Shown here in pieces: positions 10,051-21,941 of a stretch of DNA of 64,000 bases. The DNA is from Candidatus Obscuribacteraceae bacterium (lineage in GTDB: Bacteria > Cyanobacteriota > Vampirovibrionia > Obscuribacterales > Obscuribacteraceae): the NCBI GenBank assembly GCA_044226015.1, contig JBGAHS010000003.1, forward strand, positions 192,001 through 256,000, in the 5' to 3' direction. Under the pieces are notes generated by a model. It was not told where the DNA came from. It did not search any database and worked only from the letters and a program-made list of their open reading frames with translations. A program made the position numbers and the translations under genes. Positions within the stretch are counted from its first letter, which is position 1. Every line of letters begins with the position of its first letter.

Positions 10051-10237
10051 ATTTTTACGAATAAACTTCATGCCGTTCCTTGAAACAGCCGCCCAGCATA
10101 TGTTTAGATTGCAAAGGTTTTCGTCTATAAAGCGCGAACCAAAAGCGATCACAATTGATTTGGACAGATATTTATAAGGTTCACAAGAAGTCATAGAGAT
10201 ATGATATCCCAGTAAGTCTTGAAAGAAATGGTTGCAC

Positions 10238-11428
10238 ATGTCCCTGGCGAACAGACTATCTAAAATACTGCTGGCTGCTTCAATTGTATTGAACACTGGC
10301 CTCAGCTCAGCGCTAGCGACTGACCAGATCCCGCAGGAGATAGATCTTCCTGCCAATTCTCGCATAGTACCAGATGCGGTGCCCACTTCCTCCACTGAAA
10401 CACAGCCGCTCAATTTGAAAGGCATCATTTCTATTTACGAAGGTCCTAGCCCAGACCAGCTGGTAGGCGCGCTTGTCAATCAAGCAATCGTTCGTGATAA
10501 GAATTCTGCAGCTCTGGACGCGCGAGATAAACGCATGCACGGTCCTATGCATAAGGCTGTCGTAGTAGCAAAACAAACCGCTCACTTTGTAATTGAATAT
10601 CGCGGATTCGAAATGTCCAGCGAAGGCGCAGATATCATTCTCGATGAAAAGCTAAAGCTTAAGAGCGAGAATGCAACTGATTACGCCCAACAAAAAAAAG
10701 CGGATGAATTTCATGCCAAGGTTTTCTCCAGTTTATTGCAAATGGGTCAGGGACTGGGCTGCAGCGATCCTTCGCAAAGAGAAAGAATCGTCAGTTCAGG
10801 GAAAGCTTCATTGACTGAGATTGTAGGTCCTGAGGCTGCAGACGATGCGCTCAATAAACTGAAAGGTTGGTCGGGTCAACTAAGCGTTCCAAGCACCATG
10901 TTTAAGCAACAGCCATGGAGCATGATGGAATTACAGCAAAAATCGGAATCATTACTGAGAGACTCCGCTCAGTCAGATCCTGTTATGGGGCTAGTTCGTC
11001 GAGCTCTGCACAAATACAATGGGCACAGCAAATTTGCACTGGGCGCGGCAAAAGTGATTAATACAAGCTTGAACATAGCCATGTTCAGCCCTACTCTAGT
11101 TTCTCCAATTGCACAGATTCTTCAATTCGTTTATCAGATGTCTACTGGTGGTCCTGAAGATTCTAAATTGCTTACCGAACTCTATCTCGACAAACGGCTG
11201 GAATGCAGGTGGAAGAGATTGAACCAGGAATCTAATCAAGCAATAAACGCATACAACAATGCTCTGATGACTAATAATCCTGTCCTACTAGGACTTTCGG
11301 AGTCTTTCATCTCCGCTCTTGGTGGTGAAGAGGCCGGAACCAAGATTATTGGTCAGCACAAACTAATAGCTCGCAAATCGACTCACAATGACGCGATCGA
11401 TTGTGTACAGACACACACCTCAATGTAG
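10238..11428 (+). CDS. Secreted helical hypothetical protein
   Basis: Signal peptide (ILLAASIVLNTGLSSALA), long ORF. Confidence 0.8.
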   Translation: MSLANRLSKILLAASIVLNTGLSSALATDQIPQEIDLPANSRIVPDAVPTSSTETQPLNLKGIISIYEGPSPDQLVGALVNQAIVRDKNSAALDARDKRMHGPMHKAVVVAKQTAHFVIEYRGFEMSSEGADIILDEKLKLKSENATDYAQQKKADEFHAKVFSSLLQMGQGLGCSDPSQRERIVSSGKASLTEIVGPEAADDALNKLKGWSGQLSVPSTMFKQQPWSMMELQQKSESLLRDSAQSDPVMGLVRRALHKYNGHSKFALGAAKVINTSLNIAMFSPTLVSPIAQILQFVYQMSTGGPEDSKLLTELYLDKRLECRWKRLNQESNQAINAYNNALMTNNPVLLGLSESFISALGGEEAGTKIIGQHKLIARKSTHNDAIDCVQTHTSM

Positions 11429-11526
11429 TTAGAGAAGCTAGGCAATAAAGAGTGGCTCATTCCCCACCTTGCAAGTGCGATTGCATCGTAGACAATAGCG
11501 CTTGCAAGTTCTTTTCTGTCATATGT

Positions 11527-12405
11527 TTACTCAAACATGCCGGGCGGCACTGTAATTTGTTGCCTTCCCCACTTGGTTTTGACAGAGCCGAAGCGCTCTT
11601 TTTCTTCTGTATCAAAGAAATCGTTACGTGGGTCACCGACAGCACTACGAGCGCCCGGCGGCGCAATGCTGTTCATAGCACCGACTCCGCTCTGCTTGCT
11701 GGTCATGCCACCAATGCCACTCATGCTGAACTCATCGTCTTGCTTGCGTTCGCTTGGAGGAATTATCGAACCTGACAGGGTTCTTCCTTGCGATGTTGGT
11801 CTGAAAGAAACGTCGCTAGATTCGGCTTGAAACGCCGTGTCTTTTTGCAAGCCTTGCTTTGCTTTAAGCGAAATCTTGAATACGAATACGCGTGGTGATC
11901 GAATATGCAAAATGGAATTCAGCGGAATCATTTGCTGTCCGGAAATTGTTTGAAAGCTGATGCTCTCGTCTTGAACTCCGATGATTCGCCCTTCTACATG
12001 CTTCTCATTCTGCTTTAAGAAGACGGTATCACCACTGGTGCCATCGTCTATTTGCCCGATCATGTCGCCCATCAAAAACAGCGCCAGACCTGTCACGCTT
12101 GGTGGCTCGCTCGTAATGTTGGCTTCAGTTCGAATAACGGAACCCACAAGAATGGTTCGCGGGGTCTCATTGAACTCAGATGCTGCTTTTATCGTCACAA
12201 CGCGGTCAGAGATAATAGCTGTGCCGCTCTTGAGCAAAGTTTTACCAATGGCAGTCACCGGTACTTCGCACTTGATCTTACCGGCGCTATTGTCACCAGT
12301 CGGAGCAAAACTTATCGGGTTAGCAAAAACCTGGACAGAATGCGCAAGACTCAAGACCAGAGTAAGCACGACCAGCCCATTACTTAGAGTTTTCATTGCG
12401 ATCAA
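11527..12405 (-). CDS. Secreted hypothetical protein
   Basis: Signal peptide ending VFA, beta-rich 292-aa ORF, downstream of atpC on the same strand. Confidence 0.75.
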   Translation of the reverse strand: MIAMKTLSNGLVVLTLVLSLAHSVQVFANPISFAPTGDNSAGKIKCEVPVTAIGKTLLKSGTAIISDRVVTIKAASEFNETPRTILVGSVIRTEANITSEPPSVTGLALFLMGDMIGQIDDGTSGDTVFLKQNEKHVEGRIIGVQDESISFQTISGQQMIPLNSILHIRSPRVFVFKISLKAKQGLQKDTAFQAESSDVSFRPTSQGRTLSGSIIPPSERKQDDEFSMSGIGGMTSKQSGVGAMNSIAPPGARSAVGDPRNDFFDTEEKERFGSVKTKWGRQQITVPPGMFE

Positions 12406-12475
12406 CCTGCATTAGCTGATGCCAATTATCGCATGACAATTGGCATAAAACCGCTCACTTAGAGAGTGTTCAGGA

Positions 12476-12904
12476 TTACATCGAACCTTTGCGACGGCGC
12501 TCACGCAGCTGAACTGCCTTCATACGGGCAATAGCTCTGGAAATCGCCATTTCCGTAACGTAAACATCGAGCTTGTCGGTTTTGGTTGTTTTCTCAGCTT
12601 CTGCGCGTTCCTTAGCCTGGTGTGCTCTTGCCACGTCTACTTCGGTGTCGAGTTCGGCCACATCGCTCAGAACAGTAACTTCGTTGTTTTTGACTTCCAA
12701 AATTCCGCCCATAACTGCAGCGAAATCATCTTCTTTGTTTGTTTTATATCGCAAAATATCAATTGCAAGAGCGGTGACAAGTGGCTCATGCTCAGGAAGG
12801 ATTGAAAGCTCACCATCAACTGCTGTAGCGGTAACTTGCTCAACATCAGTCTCAAGAACAACGCGTTCTGGAGTTACGATTCTCAGTTTCAATGAAGCTG
12901 CCAT
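12476..12904 (-). CDS. atpC: F0F1 ATP synthase subunit epsilon
   Basis: LRIVTPER, GELSILPEHEPL, AVMGGILEV, VTVLSD, C-terminal helical hairpin. Confidence 0.96.
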   Translation of the reverse strand: MAASLKLRIVTPERVVLETDVEQVTATAVDGELSILPEHEPLVTALAIDILRYKTNKEDDFAAVMGGILEVKNNEVTVLSDVAELDTEVDVARAHQAKERAEAEKTTKTDKLDVYVTEMAISRAIARMKAVQLRERRRKGSM

Positions 12905-12919
12905 ACTTTTTCTCCGTCC

Positions 12920-13624
12920 TTATTTTTTCTTGTTCGAATTAGTAGCTTTTGACTTTTGCGATGCTGCAGCGGCTTTGTGATTGCCGTTGTTGCTGCGACG
13001 AGCTGCTGCGTGGTGATGAATGATTTCATCAATCAATCCATACTTCAGTGCCTCGTCGGCCGAGAGATAGAAATCTCTTTCAATGTCAGTGCGCAATTGG
13101 CGTTTTTCCTGACCAGTGCAACGATGCAATAACTCTATCTGAGCGTCGCGAAATTTCTGTCCTTGCTTAGCCTGAATTTCCAGGTTTGTGATGTCACCAT
13201 CAGCTTCCCACAAGGTTTGATGGAACATAATCGTCGCAAACTCATAAGAAGAACGTTTTCCGGTGCCTGAAGCAAGTACTTCGCAAGCACCGGACAATGC
13301 GTGTCCAAGACAGATTGTATTCACAGGTGCATCAATGCCGTTCATCACGGCAATGATGGCGTCTGCGTTATAACCATTTCCGCCAGAGGAATTTATAAGA
13401 AGGTCGATCGGAGTTTTTGGGTCACGATCATTCAACTTATACAAACGCTGGATGACGGGCTGAACGACTTCATTTTCGAGGCGACCGAAGAGAAGGACGC
13501 GCCTGTTTTTCGGCTTCTCTGCTTCAGCTTTCTTTTCAGTGCTTACAGCAGCAGCATCCTTCTCAACCTTTTCGGTTTTGTCGGTCTTGTCGATTTTTTC
13601 TGTCTTGTCGTTCTTCTTACTCAT
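12920..13624 (-). CDS. clpP: ATP-dependent Clp protease proteolytic subunit (divergent ClpP)
   Basis: INSSGG, CLGHALSGA (Ser), IMFHQ (His), ERDFYLSADEALKYGLIDEI (Asp). Confidence 0.92.
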   Translation of the reverse strand: MSKKNDKTEKIDKTDKTEKVEKDAAAVSTEKKAEAEKPKNRRVLLFGRLENEVVQPVIQRLYKLNDRDPKTPIDLLINSSGGNGYNADAIIAVMNGIDAPVNTICLGHALSGACEVLASGTGKRSSYEFATIMFHQTLWEADGDITNLEIQAKQGQKFRDAQIELLHRCTGQEKRQLRTDIERDFYLSADEALKYGLIDEIIHHHAAARRSNNGNHKAAAASQKSKATNSNKKK

Positions 13625-13626
13625 TT

Positions 13627-15102
<1,476 letters not shown>

Positions 15103-15275
15103 TCACCTATCGGCTGCACACCAGTGCATGCCTCTGCAGATCCTAGCAGCATAGGATATAGCTATTTAAGTCTTTGGGACGCTTAGTTTATGATACTTTT
15201 CGATCAGCTAAGTGATGTGACAAAATCAAGGGAAATCTGTGAGAGATTTCATTTCAGAAAGAGCATCGGTGATTA

Positions 15276-16289
15276 GTGTTTTCTAAACTGTTCAGAAACA
15301 AACTACTCCGCTATGCCCTGCTAATCCTCTTCGTAGGCGGCACAGGGACATGTGGATACATGTCACTAGAGCACTGGCATTTTTTCGATGCGCTGTACAT
15401 GACCGTTACAACTCTGACAACGGTTGGCTACGGTGAAACTCATCAACTGCATTTCCAGGGTCGACTCTTCACCATATTTCTTATTCTTTTTGGTGTTGGA
15501 ACTTTGCTTTACATACTTTCCGACACAGCGCACGTCCTCCTGAACACTGACCACAGAGAACTTTTCGGAAGAAGAATCATGAACGACAAAATTGAAAAGC
15601 TCAGCGACCATCAAATCGTCTGCGGCTTCGGGCGCACAGGGCAAGAGATTGCCAGGCAATTCCAGGTTTCAGGAATTCCATTTGTAGTGATTGAGGCAAA
15701 TAAAGAACGCTGTATGCAAGCCCAAGACGATGGCTTATTGTGGATTTGCGGCGATGCCACAGAAGACTCGACACTAAAACATGCACGGGTTTCAAAAGCT
15801 AACGGAATAGTTTGTGCACTGTCTGACGACGCTGCCAACACCTTTATAGCGCTTGGCGCCAAAGAATTCAACGAACATATCAAGATTGTCTGTCGAGCTG
15901 CTAATCCTGGTTCAGAATCCAAGATGACCAGAGCCGGCGCAGATAACGTGGTTTCACCGTACATTATCGCTGGAAGGCGAATGGCGAGCGCTGTAACGCA
16001 TCCGCTGGTGCTCGAATTCCTCGACGTAGCAATGCACAACCCGCAATTCGATTTAAGGCTAGAGCAAATCAAGATAACTTTGCAATCGAAATTAGCCGGA
16101 AAGAGCCTCAAGGATGCTAATATCAAACAGACTGTAGGAGCCATGGTTCTGGCAGTCAACAAGAACGGTCAGCTATTAACAAATCCCGGACCGGGTCTTG
16201 TTTTCGAGGATGGCGACATTCTCGTTGCTCTCGGAGCTGAAGACGAGCTAAAAAAACTTAGCGAGTTGGCCGGCGCAAAGAAAACATAG
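15276..16289 (+). CDS. Potassium channel with TrkA-N/TrkA-C (RCK) domains
   Basis: TLTTVGYG selectivity filter, two TM helices, CGFGRTG Rossmann motif, C-terminal TrkA-C. Confidence 0.95.
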   Translation: MFSKLFRNKLLRYALLILFVGGTGTCGYMSLEHWHFFDALYMTVTTLTTVGYGETHQLHFQGRLFTIFLILFGVGTLLYILSDTAHVLLNTDHRELFGRRIMNDKIEKLSDHQIVCGFGRTGQEIARQFQVSGIPFVVIEANKERCMQAQDDGLLWICGDATEDSTLKHARVSKANGIVCALSDDAANTFIALGAKEFNEHIKIVCRAANPGSESKMTRAGADNVVSPYIIAGRRMASAVTHPLVLEFLDVAMHNPQFDLRLEQIKITLQSKLAGKSLKDANIKQTVGAMVLAVNKNGQLLTNPGPGLVFEDGDILVALGAEDELKKLSELAGAKKT

Positions 16290-16300
16290 GATTAAAGCAA

Positions 16301-16606
16301 ATGGCTAATGTTGAAGACCTGGAAGAACAAGTAATCACGCTGGAAGGCGAAGACGGTCATTCTTACGTCTGCAGAATTCTTGGTCTATTCGAATTTGAAG
16401 AGAAAGAATACGCTTTGCTTCTAAACATGGGTGAAGCCGGGAAAGAAGAGTCGGAAGAGCCATCAACCGTTGTCATGCAATTGATAACGAAAGATGACCA
16501 GGCAGTTTTCAGAACAATTGAAAACGATGAAGAGTTCGACCGTGTAATCAATTACGTTCGCGAACTTGCAAATGAAATGGAAGGCGAAGAAGGCGGAGCC
16601 GAGTAA
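16301..16606 (+). CDS. DUF1292-like acidic protein
   Basis: VITLEGEDG, FEFEEKEYALL, TIENDEEFDRV pattern. Confidence 0.8.
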   Translation: MANVEDLEEQVITLEGEDGHSYVCRILGLFEFEEKEYALLLNMGEAGKEESEEPSTVVMQLITKDDQAVFRTIENDEEFDRVINYVRELANEMEGEEGGAE

Positions 16607-16631
16607 AGCCGCCACTTCCAAGAAGATTCAT

Positions 16632-16663
16632 GCAAGGCTGCCCCCAAAAGCAGCCTTGCTTTT
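16632..16663 (+). terminator. Intrinsic terminator
   Basis: 10-bp stem GCAAGGCTGC/GCAGCCTTGC followed by TTTT, after the channel-DUF1292 pair. Confidence 0.75.
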
Positions 16664-16761
16664 GGTATTTTCGAGTTCTGCCGAAAACAGGCTGCATGGT
16701 TAAACCGCACAGTGTCACAACGAGAACACTAAGCAAAAAATTTCTTGACGACAAAAATAAT

Positions 16762-16835
16762 TGACACGGGGCAGATTTGAACTGCCGGCCTGGGCGTTAT
16801 GAGTGCCCCGCTCTAACCAACTGAGCTACCGTGTC
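16762..16835 (-). tRNA. tRNA-Met(CAT), probably elongator (Ile2 not excluded); CCA not encoded
   Basis: GACACGG/CCGTGTC acceptor stem, TAGCTCAGTTGGTTAGAGC D-arm, CTCATAA anticodon loop, GTTCAAATC T-loop; no initiator C1:A72 mismatch. Confidence 0.95.
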
Positions 16836-16976
16836 TCAAGAAGTGATTATCAACCGACCAAGCTTTTGGTGTCAAGATTAACACTTTCAAGCTGAGATCA
16901 CCGAAAACACGCTACCCATTTCAATTTGCAAGAAGACGTGCCATCATTAAAGTAACAAGAGCTTACGAATTTCCAT

Positions 16977-17234
16977 ATGGTTTTTATCGAAGTAATATCA
17001 CTACTTGTTATAAGCACAATTCTGGTGACCGTAATCCAGGTTGTGGGCAGGAACTATCTGGAAAAATATGCACGAAGCCAAACCAAGGCACTAAGCTCTG
17101 ATAATGAACAGAAGCTTACAAAGCGCATTGAAGCACTTGAAGAAGAACTACGGCAAACAAACCAACGCTTACTCGAGCTAAAAGACACGACTGAGTTTGC
17201 AGTGAAACTAATCGAAGAGAAGAAAAACAAGTAG
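16977..17234 (+). CDS. Small membrane-anchored coiled-coil protein
   Basis: N-terminal TM helix, then heptads LTKRIEALEEELRQTNQRL. Confidence 0.7.
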   Translation: MVFIEVISLLVISTILVTVIQVVGRNYLEKYARSQTKALSSDNEQKLTKRIEALEEELRQTNQRLLELKDTTEFAVKLIEEKKNK

Positions 17235-17251
17235 AATCCGCCAGAATGGCG

Positions 17252-17300
17252 GCGCTATCAGGCGAAACTCCAGGCTCGCGAAGCGCTATCAGGTGAAACT
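17252..17300. repeat. 18-bp direct repeat, two copies
   Basis: GCGCTATCAGGCGAAACT (17252) and GCGCTATCAGGTGAAACT (17283), between convergent genes. Confidence 0.7.
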
Positions 17301-18273
17301 AGACGGCTTGTCGCTGCGCTACAAACCACTCCACAAAATTCTTGATGCCTTCTTCAAATGAGAAGCCAGGCTCATATCCAAGCAACTTGCGAGCACGATC
17401 AGTATTGGCATAAGTGTAAGGCATATCGCCCATCTGAAATTCCTTATGTACCAGCTTTGCTTTCTTACCGAGATACTTCTCAATGAGCTGAATCATGTCC
17501 ATCAAAACGACGGGTTCAGAACGTCCCAGATTCAGTATTTCGAACCCTGAGAAAGGAACTTCCATCGAAGCAGTGATACCAGATACGATATCAGCAACAT
17601 AGGTGTAATCGCGTTTACTAGTTCCATCACCAAACACTTCAATTGGCTTGCCACTATCGATAAGTTTAGCGAACTTATGAATAGCGAGGTCTGGTCTCTG
17701 CCTTGGCCCAAACACAGTAAAGAAGCGCAAATTGATGACTTGAAGCCCACGTGTATGATGCGCTGCGTGGCATATCAATTCGCCAGCCTTTTTTGATGCT
17801 GCGTAAGGAGATAATGGGTTATCAACGCGATCATCCTCACTGAAAGATTCACCTTCACGCTCTCCATAAACCGAGCTAGACGAACCGAAAACGAGCCTTG
17901 CTGGTTTATCTTGCTTGAGTATTCTATCTATCAGTTTTTGCGTTCCAACAAGATTGATATCCATATAGAGCGCAGGTTTTTCCATAGACGGCCTGACCCC
18001 TGCCATCGCCGCAAGATGCACCACCACATCATAGTTGCATTCGGCAAAGACCCTGTCCATGTCTTCATCTGAGCGAAGGTCGCCTTCGATAAGTGTGTAG
18101 TTAGGATTTTTCAAATGCTCTTTTACGTTTGAGCGTTTTATCGATGGATCATAGAAGTCATTAAAGCTGTCGAGAACGACGATGCGATCGCCTCTTTCAA
18201 ATAAACGCTCAACGAGGTGGCTACCAATAAATCCGGCGCCACCTGTTACCAGAACATTTCTTTGAGCTGCCAT
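17299..18273 (-). CDS. NAD-dependent epimerase/dehydratase (UDP-glucuronate 4-epimerase-like)
   Basis: TGGAGFIG, HLAAMAGVR, SSSSVYG, YAASK, RFFTVFGPRQRPD. Confidence 0.95.
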   Translation of the reverse strand: MAAQRNVLVTGGAGFIGSHLVERLFERGDRIVVLDSFNDFYDPSIKRSNVKEHLKNPNYTLIEGDLRSDEDMDRVFAECNYDVVVHLAAMAGVRPSMEKPALYMDINLVGTQKLIDRILKQDKPARLVFGSSSSVYGEREGESFSEDDRVDNPLSPYAASKKAGELICHAAHHTRGLQVINLRFFTVFGPRQRPDLAIHKFAKLIDSGKPIEVFGDGTSKRDYTYVADIVSGITASMEVPFSGFEILNLGRSEPVVLMDMIQLIEKYLGKKAKLVHKEFQMGDMPYTYANTDRARKLLGYEPGFSFEEGIKNFVEWFVAQRQAV

Positions 18274-18340
18274 TTGCTTTCCTCTTGTTTGGAAATGGAT
18301 TCTTCCGTTTCTTACTTCTGCTTTGTACTTCTCTTGCCGA

Positions 18341-19084
18341 TTACACTTCAGCTTTGACCTTTGAGCTTTGATTGAGCCGCTTCATTGCCGCCTTCACAAA
18401 AGCTGAAAACAACTCTTCGTTTCCGGTGTAGTCGCGTTCGGGATGCCATTGTACTCCAATTACAAAATCGCGCTCTGGCATCTCCACTGCTTCAATGATG
18501 CCGTCTTCAGCGTCAGCTGTTGCGACAAGCCCATCTCCTAGCGATTTAACTGCCTGGTGATGCGATGTTGGAACGTCAAAGGCGCTCTTGCTGAAAATAC
18601 CTGCAAGCTTAGTGCCCTGCCTCAAAATTACACGATGATAATGGAAGCCATCTTTCCATCCATTTACAGAAGCGTGATCGACAGGCGTATTTGGAAATTC
18701 GCTCGGGATGTCCTGGTGCAAACCGCCACCAAGACCGATATTGAGAATTTGACAACCGGCGCAAATTCCCAAGATTGGCAGTTCTTTCATCTCCAAAGCA
18801 CGTTTGATCAGCCTGCTATCGAAGTCGAGGCGGTCTGTATGAGCCAGCTCAACGCTTTCGTGCTTCTCTTCGCCGTAAGTGCTGGGACAATAATCGTAGC
18901 CACCTGTGAAAAGAACGCCATCGAGCCGCTGTAAAAGCTGGTCAACATCCTTATCGTCCATAGGTGGAATTAAAACTGGAATTCCGCCAGCTCTTTGAAT
19001 TGCTTCATAGTAGAAAGCTTGAAGTTTGGCTACTTTAGGCTGTTCGCCTTCGATATCAACGTTGATTCCTATTACCGGCTTCAT
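18341..19084 (-). CDS. Gamma-glutamyl-gamma-aminobutyrate hydrolase (peptidase C26, PuuD-like)
   Basis: LGICAGCQ nucleophile, SHHQAV, GVQWHPE; ATG at 19084 with GAGG RBS. Confidence 0.92.
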   Translation of the reverse strand: MKPVIGINVDIEGEQPKVAKLQAFYYEAIQRAGGIPVLIPPMDDKDVDQLLQRLDGVLFTGGYDYCPSTYGEEKHESVELAHTDRLDFDSRLIKRALEMKELPILGICAGCQILNIGLGGGLHQDIPSEFPNTPVDHASVNGWKDGFHYHRVILRQGTKLAGIFSKSAFDVPTSHHQAVKSLGDGLVATADAEDGIIEAVEMPERDFVIGVQWHPERDYTGNEELFSAFVKAAMKRLNQSSKVKAEV

Positions 19085-19258
19085 ATCTGCCTCAAATTCA
19101 CTGAAACTCTGCATAGCGGAGCGCCCGCCGCATACAAGATAGCACGCTTAAAAGCTTAGGGATCTTTAAGCCATTCTTTGCTTCGCTTAAGCCTTCTTGT
19201 CGATCACAGATGCTAATGTGTGAAGGTTGTATGCCATCAGCGGAGAGTGTGAGCCAAG

Positions 19259-19873
19259 GTGATACTGAATCAGTCCGAAATCGAAGCGCTATTAAAAGAC
19301 GTAGAGGCGTGGCTTACAGGGCATTTCCTTCTGACCAGTGGAATGCACAGCAATCAATATATTCAGTGTCAGCGCATAATGCAGTACCCTCGTCATGGCA
19401 TCATGCTGGCAGATGCTTTAGCAAGTCAGATAATCGGCTCAGGACTGCTGCCCATGGCAGTTGTGGGACCTGCTATGGGTGCTATTCATTTCGAAGTTTA
19501 CGTCGCTCATGCGCTGGATAAAATTCATGCAGAAGATCCTATTCGCGGAATTTTCGCCGAGCGTCCTGAAGGTAAATTTGTTATCAGACGGGGAATTGAG
19601 CTGACTCCCGGCGAAAACGTTCTTGTAGTTGAAGACGTAACCACAACCGGCGGATCTGCAAAACAAGTCATCGAACTCGTTAAAGAATTGGGCGCAAAAC
19701 CAGTTGCGGTGGCATCCATCATTGACAGAAGCGGCGGAAGCATTGATTTTGGTTTGCCATTTTTCTCTCTGGTGAAACTTCAGCTGGAATCCTGGAACCC
19801 GGATGAGTGCCCGCTCTGCAAAGACGGCGTTCCTCTGATAAAACCAGGAAGCAGCAAGCAGAAAGTCAATTAA
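19259..19873 (+). CDS. pyrE: Orotate phosphoribosyltransferase
   Basis: GHFLLTSGMHS, VLVVEDVTTTGGS PRPP motif, CPLC...KPGS tail. Confidence 0.95.
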   Translation: MILNQSEIEALLKDVEAWLTGHFLLTSGMHSNQYIQCQRIMQYPRHGIMLADALASQIIGSGLLPMAVVGPAMGAIHFEVYVAHALDKIHAEDPIRGIFAERPEGKFVIRRGIELTPGENVLVVEDVTTTGGSAKQVIELVKELGAKPVAVASIIDRSGGSIDFGLPFFSLVKLQLESWNPDECPLCKDGVPLIKPGSSKQKVN

Positions 19874-20036
19874 CGACGGCCCAGCAAGCGTAGAGCTGGC
19901 TTCTGAACCATATTTACAAAGATAAACATCTTTAAGAGTTCTGAACAAAAATGTCAGTGCTTAACATACTTCAGTTGATTTCATCAGCAGCGAAACTCTT
20001 GCCCAAGCGCACTCCCTGGCAATTTAATTCAAAAGC

Positions 20037-21941
20037 ATGGGAATATTCCCATTAAATTCCTTGCGCTATTTACCGTCTTCTGGCACTATGGGCGTGCAGG
20101 GGGATCTCGGGTTCATAAGGTGCGGGCAGCATCTGCGAGGTAAGGCTGCTTTGAATTCATACGATTTACCAGTTACTATAAAGACCGTCTCGGAATTTAG
20201 GCGCGCTCGTTCGACCGGGCAAGAACAAGGCGTCATCACGTCTGATATCGATCAGACATCAGCTTCGAGTGTCTCTCAGATATCTATTCCAACACACGCA
20301 AATGTGAGTTCGATACAATCGGCACTCCATTACTTCGATAGCGAATGTACGCAGCAAACGGTGCAGCCAACAACCTTTGAAGTCAACAATGAAGCGACAC
20401 CATCTGCCCTGGCTCAGTTCATGAACCAGGCGGTAGACATGGAATCTGCTTTTGAGTTTGCAGGTCATACGGCAAGCACGGTTATGCTTCAAGACGCTGT
20501 ATATGTTCAGAATGTCGGGGCAGATATGCTGCCAGAAGCTGTGCTCTTCAATATAGAGCAACTGAACGCAGAACAACTCATAATTCCAGACAACGCATCC
20601 GACGCAAATTCTTTCGACACTAGCTCTGCTCAAGAATCAGCTCTTTCCGCAGCTGTAGAGATTCTTGAAGAACAAGCCTGCTCGTTGAAAGACCCGCAAG
20701 AACTATCTGGCACCGCATGTGGTGTAGAAAAGGACGAGGCTGGAAGAGTAGTAAAAGCTTTGTTCTACGGCTCAGAAATTGTGAACTTCAAATATGACGA
20801 ATATGGCTTCTTGAGTGCTTTCAATTACGCTGGCATCGAATGGAAAAGAGATGACAACACATGGGCAGCTCAAGATAGACAAACCGACTACATTGTTGAT
20901 GCTCGCATTACAGTGCTAGACAATGGATCGATCCAAATTGTAAAAGATGATGTGGTGCGAACCCTCAAAGCTAGCGGCACCAGAATTGACGAGCACAAGT
21001 CTGGCTCTAAAACCGAAAGCAGAAAACTCAAAAACAAACCTTCGCCTTATGACCTTTTAGCGAAGGCCAAAGCGGTCAACTCCATATGGCTCTGCAGCAG
21101 TCAGAAACAAAGCCGGACAACAGCACAAAGCTGTCAACTCGACCTCGTCACTGACATCAACATGCCTTTTTCCGAAGCAAATACTTCTTCGATGATTCCT
21201 AGAACAGCCGAAGTTCCAAACGCCAGACCGGCTGTTGTAAATCCGGCGAGCATCAGTTGTATTCCATCTGCACCTATCGAATTGCGCTCGCTCGAACGCA
21301 GCGACAGATTGAGAAGCCTTGAAGACGAACTTCTAGAACCTCACCGCAGAGAAGTCAGCCGCCTCCATTGGCGACTGAGAATGAAAGAGTGCGCATTGAA
21401 GACGTCTCTCTGGCTAACCGACAGATTTGCGGGTCAAAGCTCTCCAAGACATCTAGCGAAACTCGATAGGCTCGCTCAGCTTTATTTTGAACAACAAAAA
21501 AATGACCTTGCTGAACTCGCTCATATGAGGGCTCTCCATATTCGCGAACAGTTCTTTGGCAAGAAACAACCTGAACTTGCTAAAAACATTCGCGGACTTG
21601 CAAGCATTTACGAAGCACGAGGAAATTACATTCGAGCCGAGCAAATGTACAAGCAAGCAATCGACCTGCAGGAAAGCGGCATTCGAAAAATTCTCTTTCT
21701 CTTCTCGGAGAACGTAACAGATGAATCCATTCTCCACGAGCAGTTAGAGCAGTTATTCTCAAGCATTAATGACTTGAGCAACCTTTACGTCACTCTCGGC
21801 AAACAAAATCTCTGCGCAGTAGTGTTTGAAAAAGCACAATCTGTTTGGGATGCAATCGCTGAGCACGAGCCAGCCGCCATTCCGGCTTTGCAAGAAGTGG
21901 CAGACAAATACCTCAAAACAATGGCGGGCGTCTGCTCCTGA
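20037..21941 (+). CDS. Protein with central YD-like beta repeats and C-terminal TPRs
   Basis: DEAGRVV..FKYDEYG; LAQLYFEQQK..ALHIRE and LASIYEARGNY..AE kinesin-light-chain-type TPRs; start uncertain. Confidence 0.75.
   Translation: MGIFPLNSLRYLPSSGTMGVQGDLGFIRCGQHLRGKAALNSYDLPVTIKTVSEFRRARSTGQEQGVITSDIDQTSASSVSQISIPTHANVSSIQSALHYFDSECTQQTVQPTTFEVNNEATPSALAQFMNQAVDMESAFEFAGHTASTVMLQDAVYVQNVGADMLPEAVLFNIEQLNAEQLIIPDNASDANSFDTSSAQESALSAAVEILEEQACSLKDPQELSGTACGVEKDEAGRVVKALFYGSEIVNFKYDEYGFLSAFNYAGIEWKRDDNTWAAQDRQTDYIVDARITVLDNGSIQIVKDDVVRTLKASGTRIDEHKSGSKTESRKLKNKPSPYDLLAKAKAVNSIWLCSSQKQSRTTAQSCQLDLVTDINMPFSEANTSSMIPRTAEVPNARPAVVNPASISCIPSAPIELRSLERSDRLRSLEDELLEPHRREVSRLHWRLRMKECALKTSLWLTDRFAGQSSPRHLAKLDRLAQLYFEQQKNDLAELAHMRALHIREQFFGKKQPELAKNIRGLASIYEARGNYIRAEQMYKQAIDLQESGIRKILFLFSENVTDESILHEQLEQLFSSINDLSNLYVTLGKQNLCAVVFEKAQSVWDAIAEHEPAAIPALQEVADKYLKTMAGVCS

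Noticed and set aside
16762..16835. tRNA as an integration site
   Set aside because: No integrase and no duplicated tRNA 3' end seen in the window.
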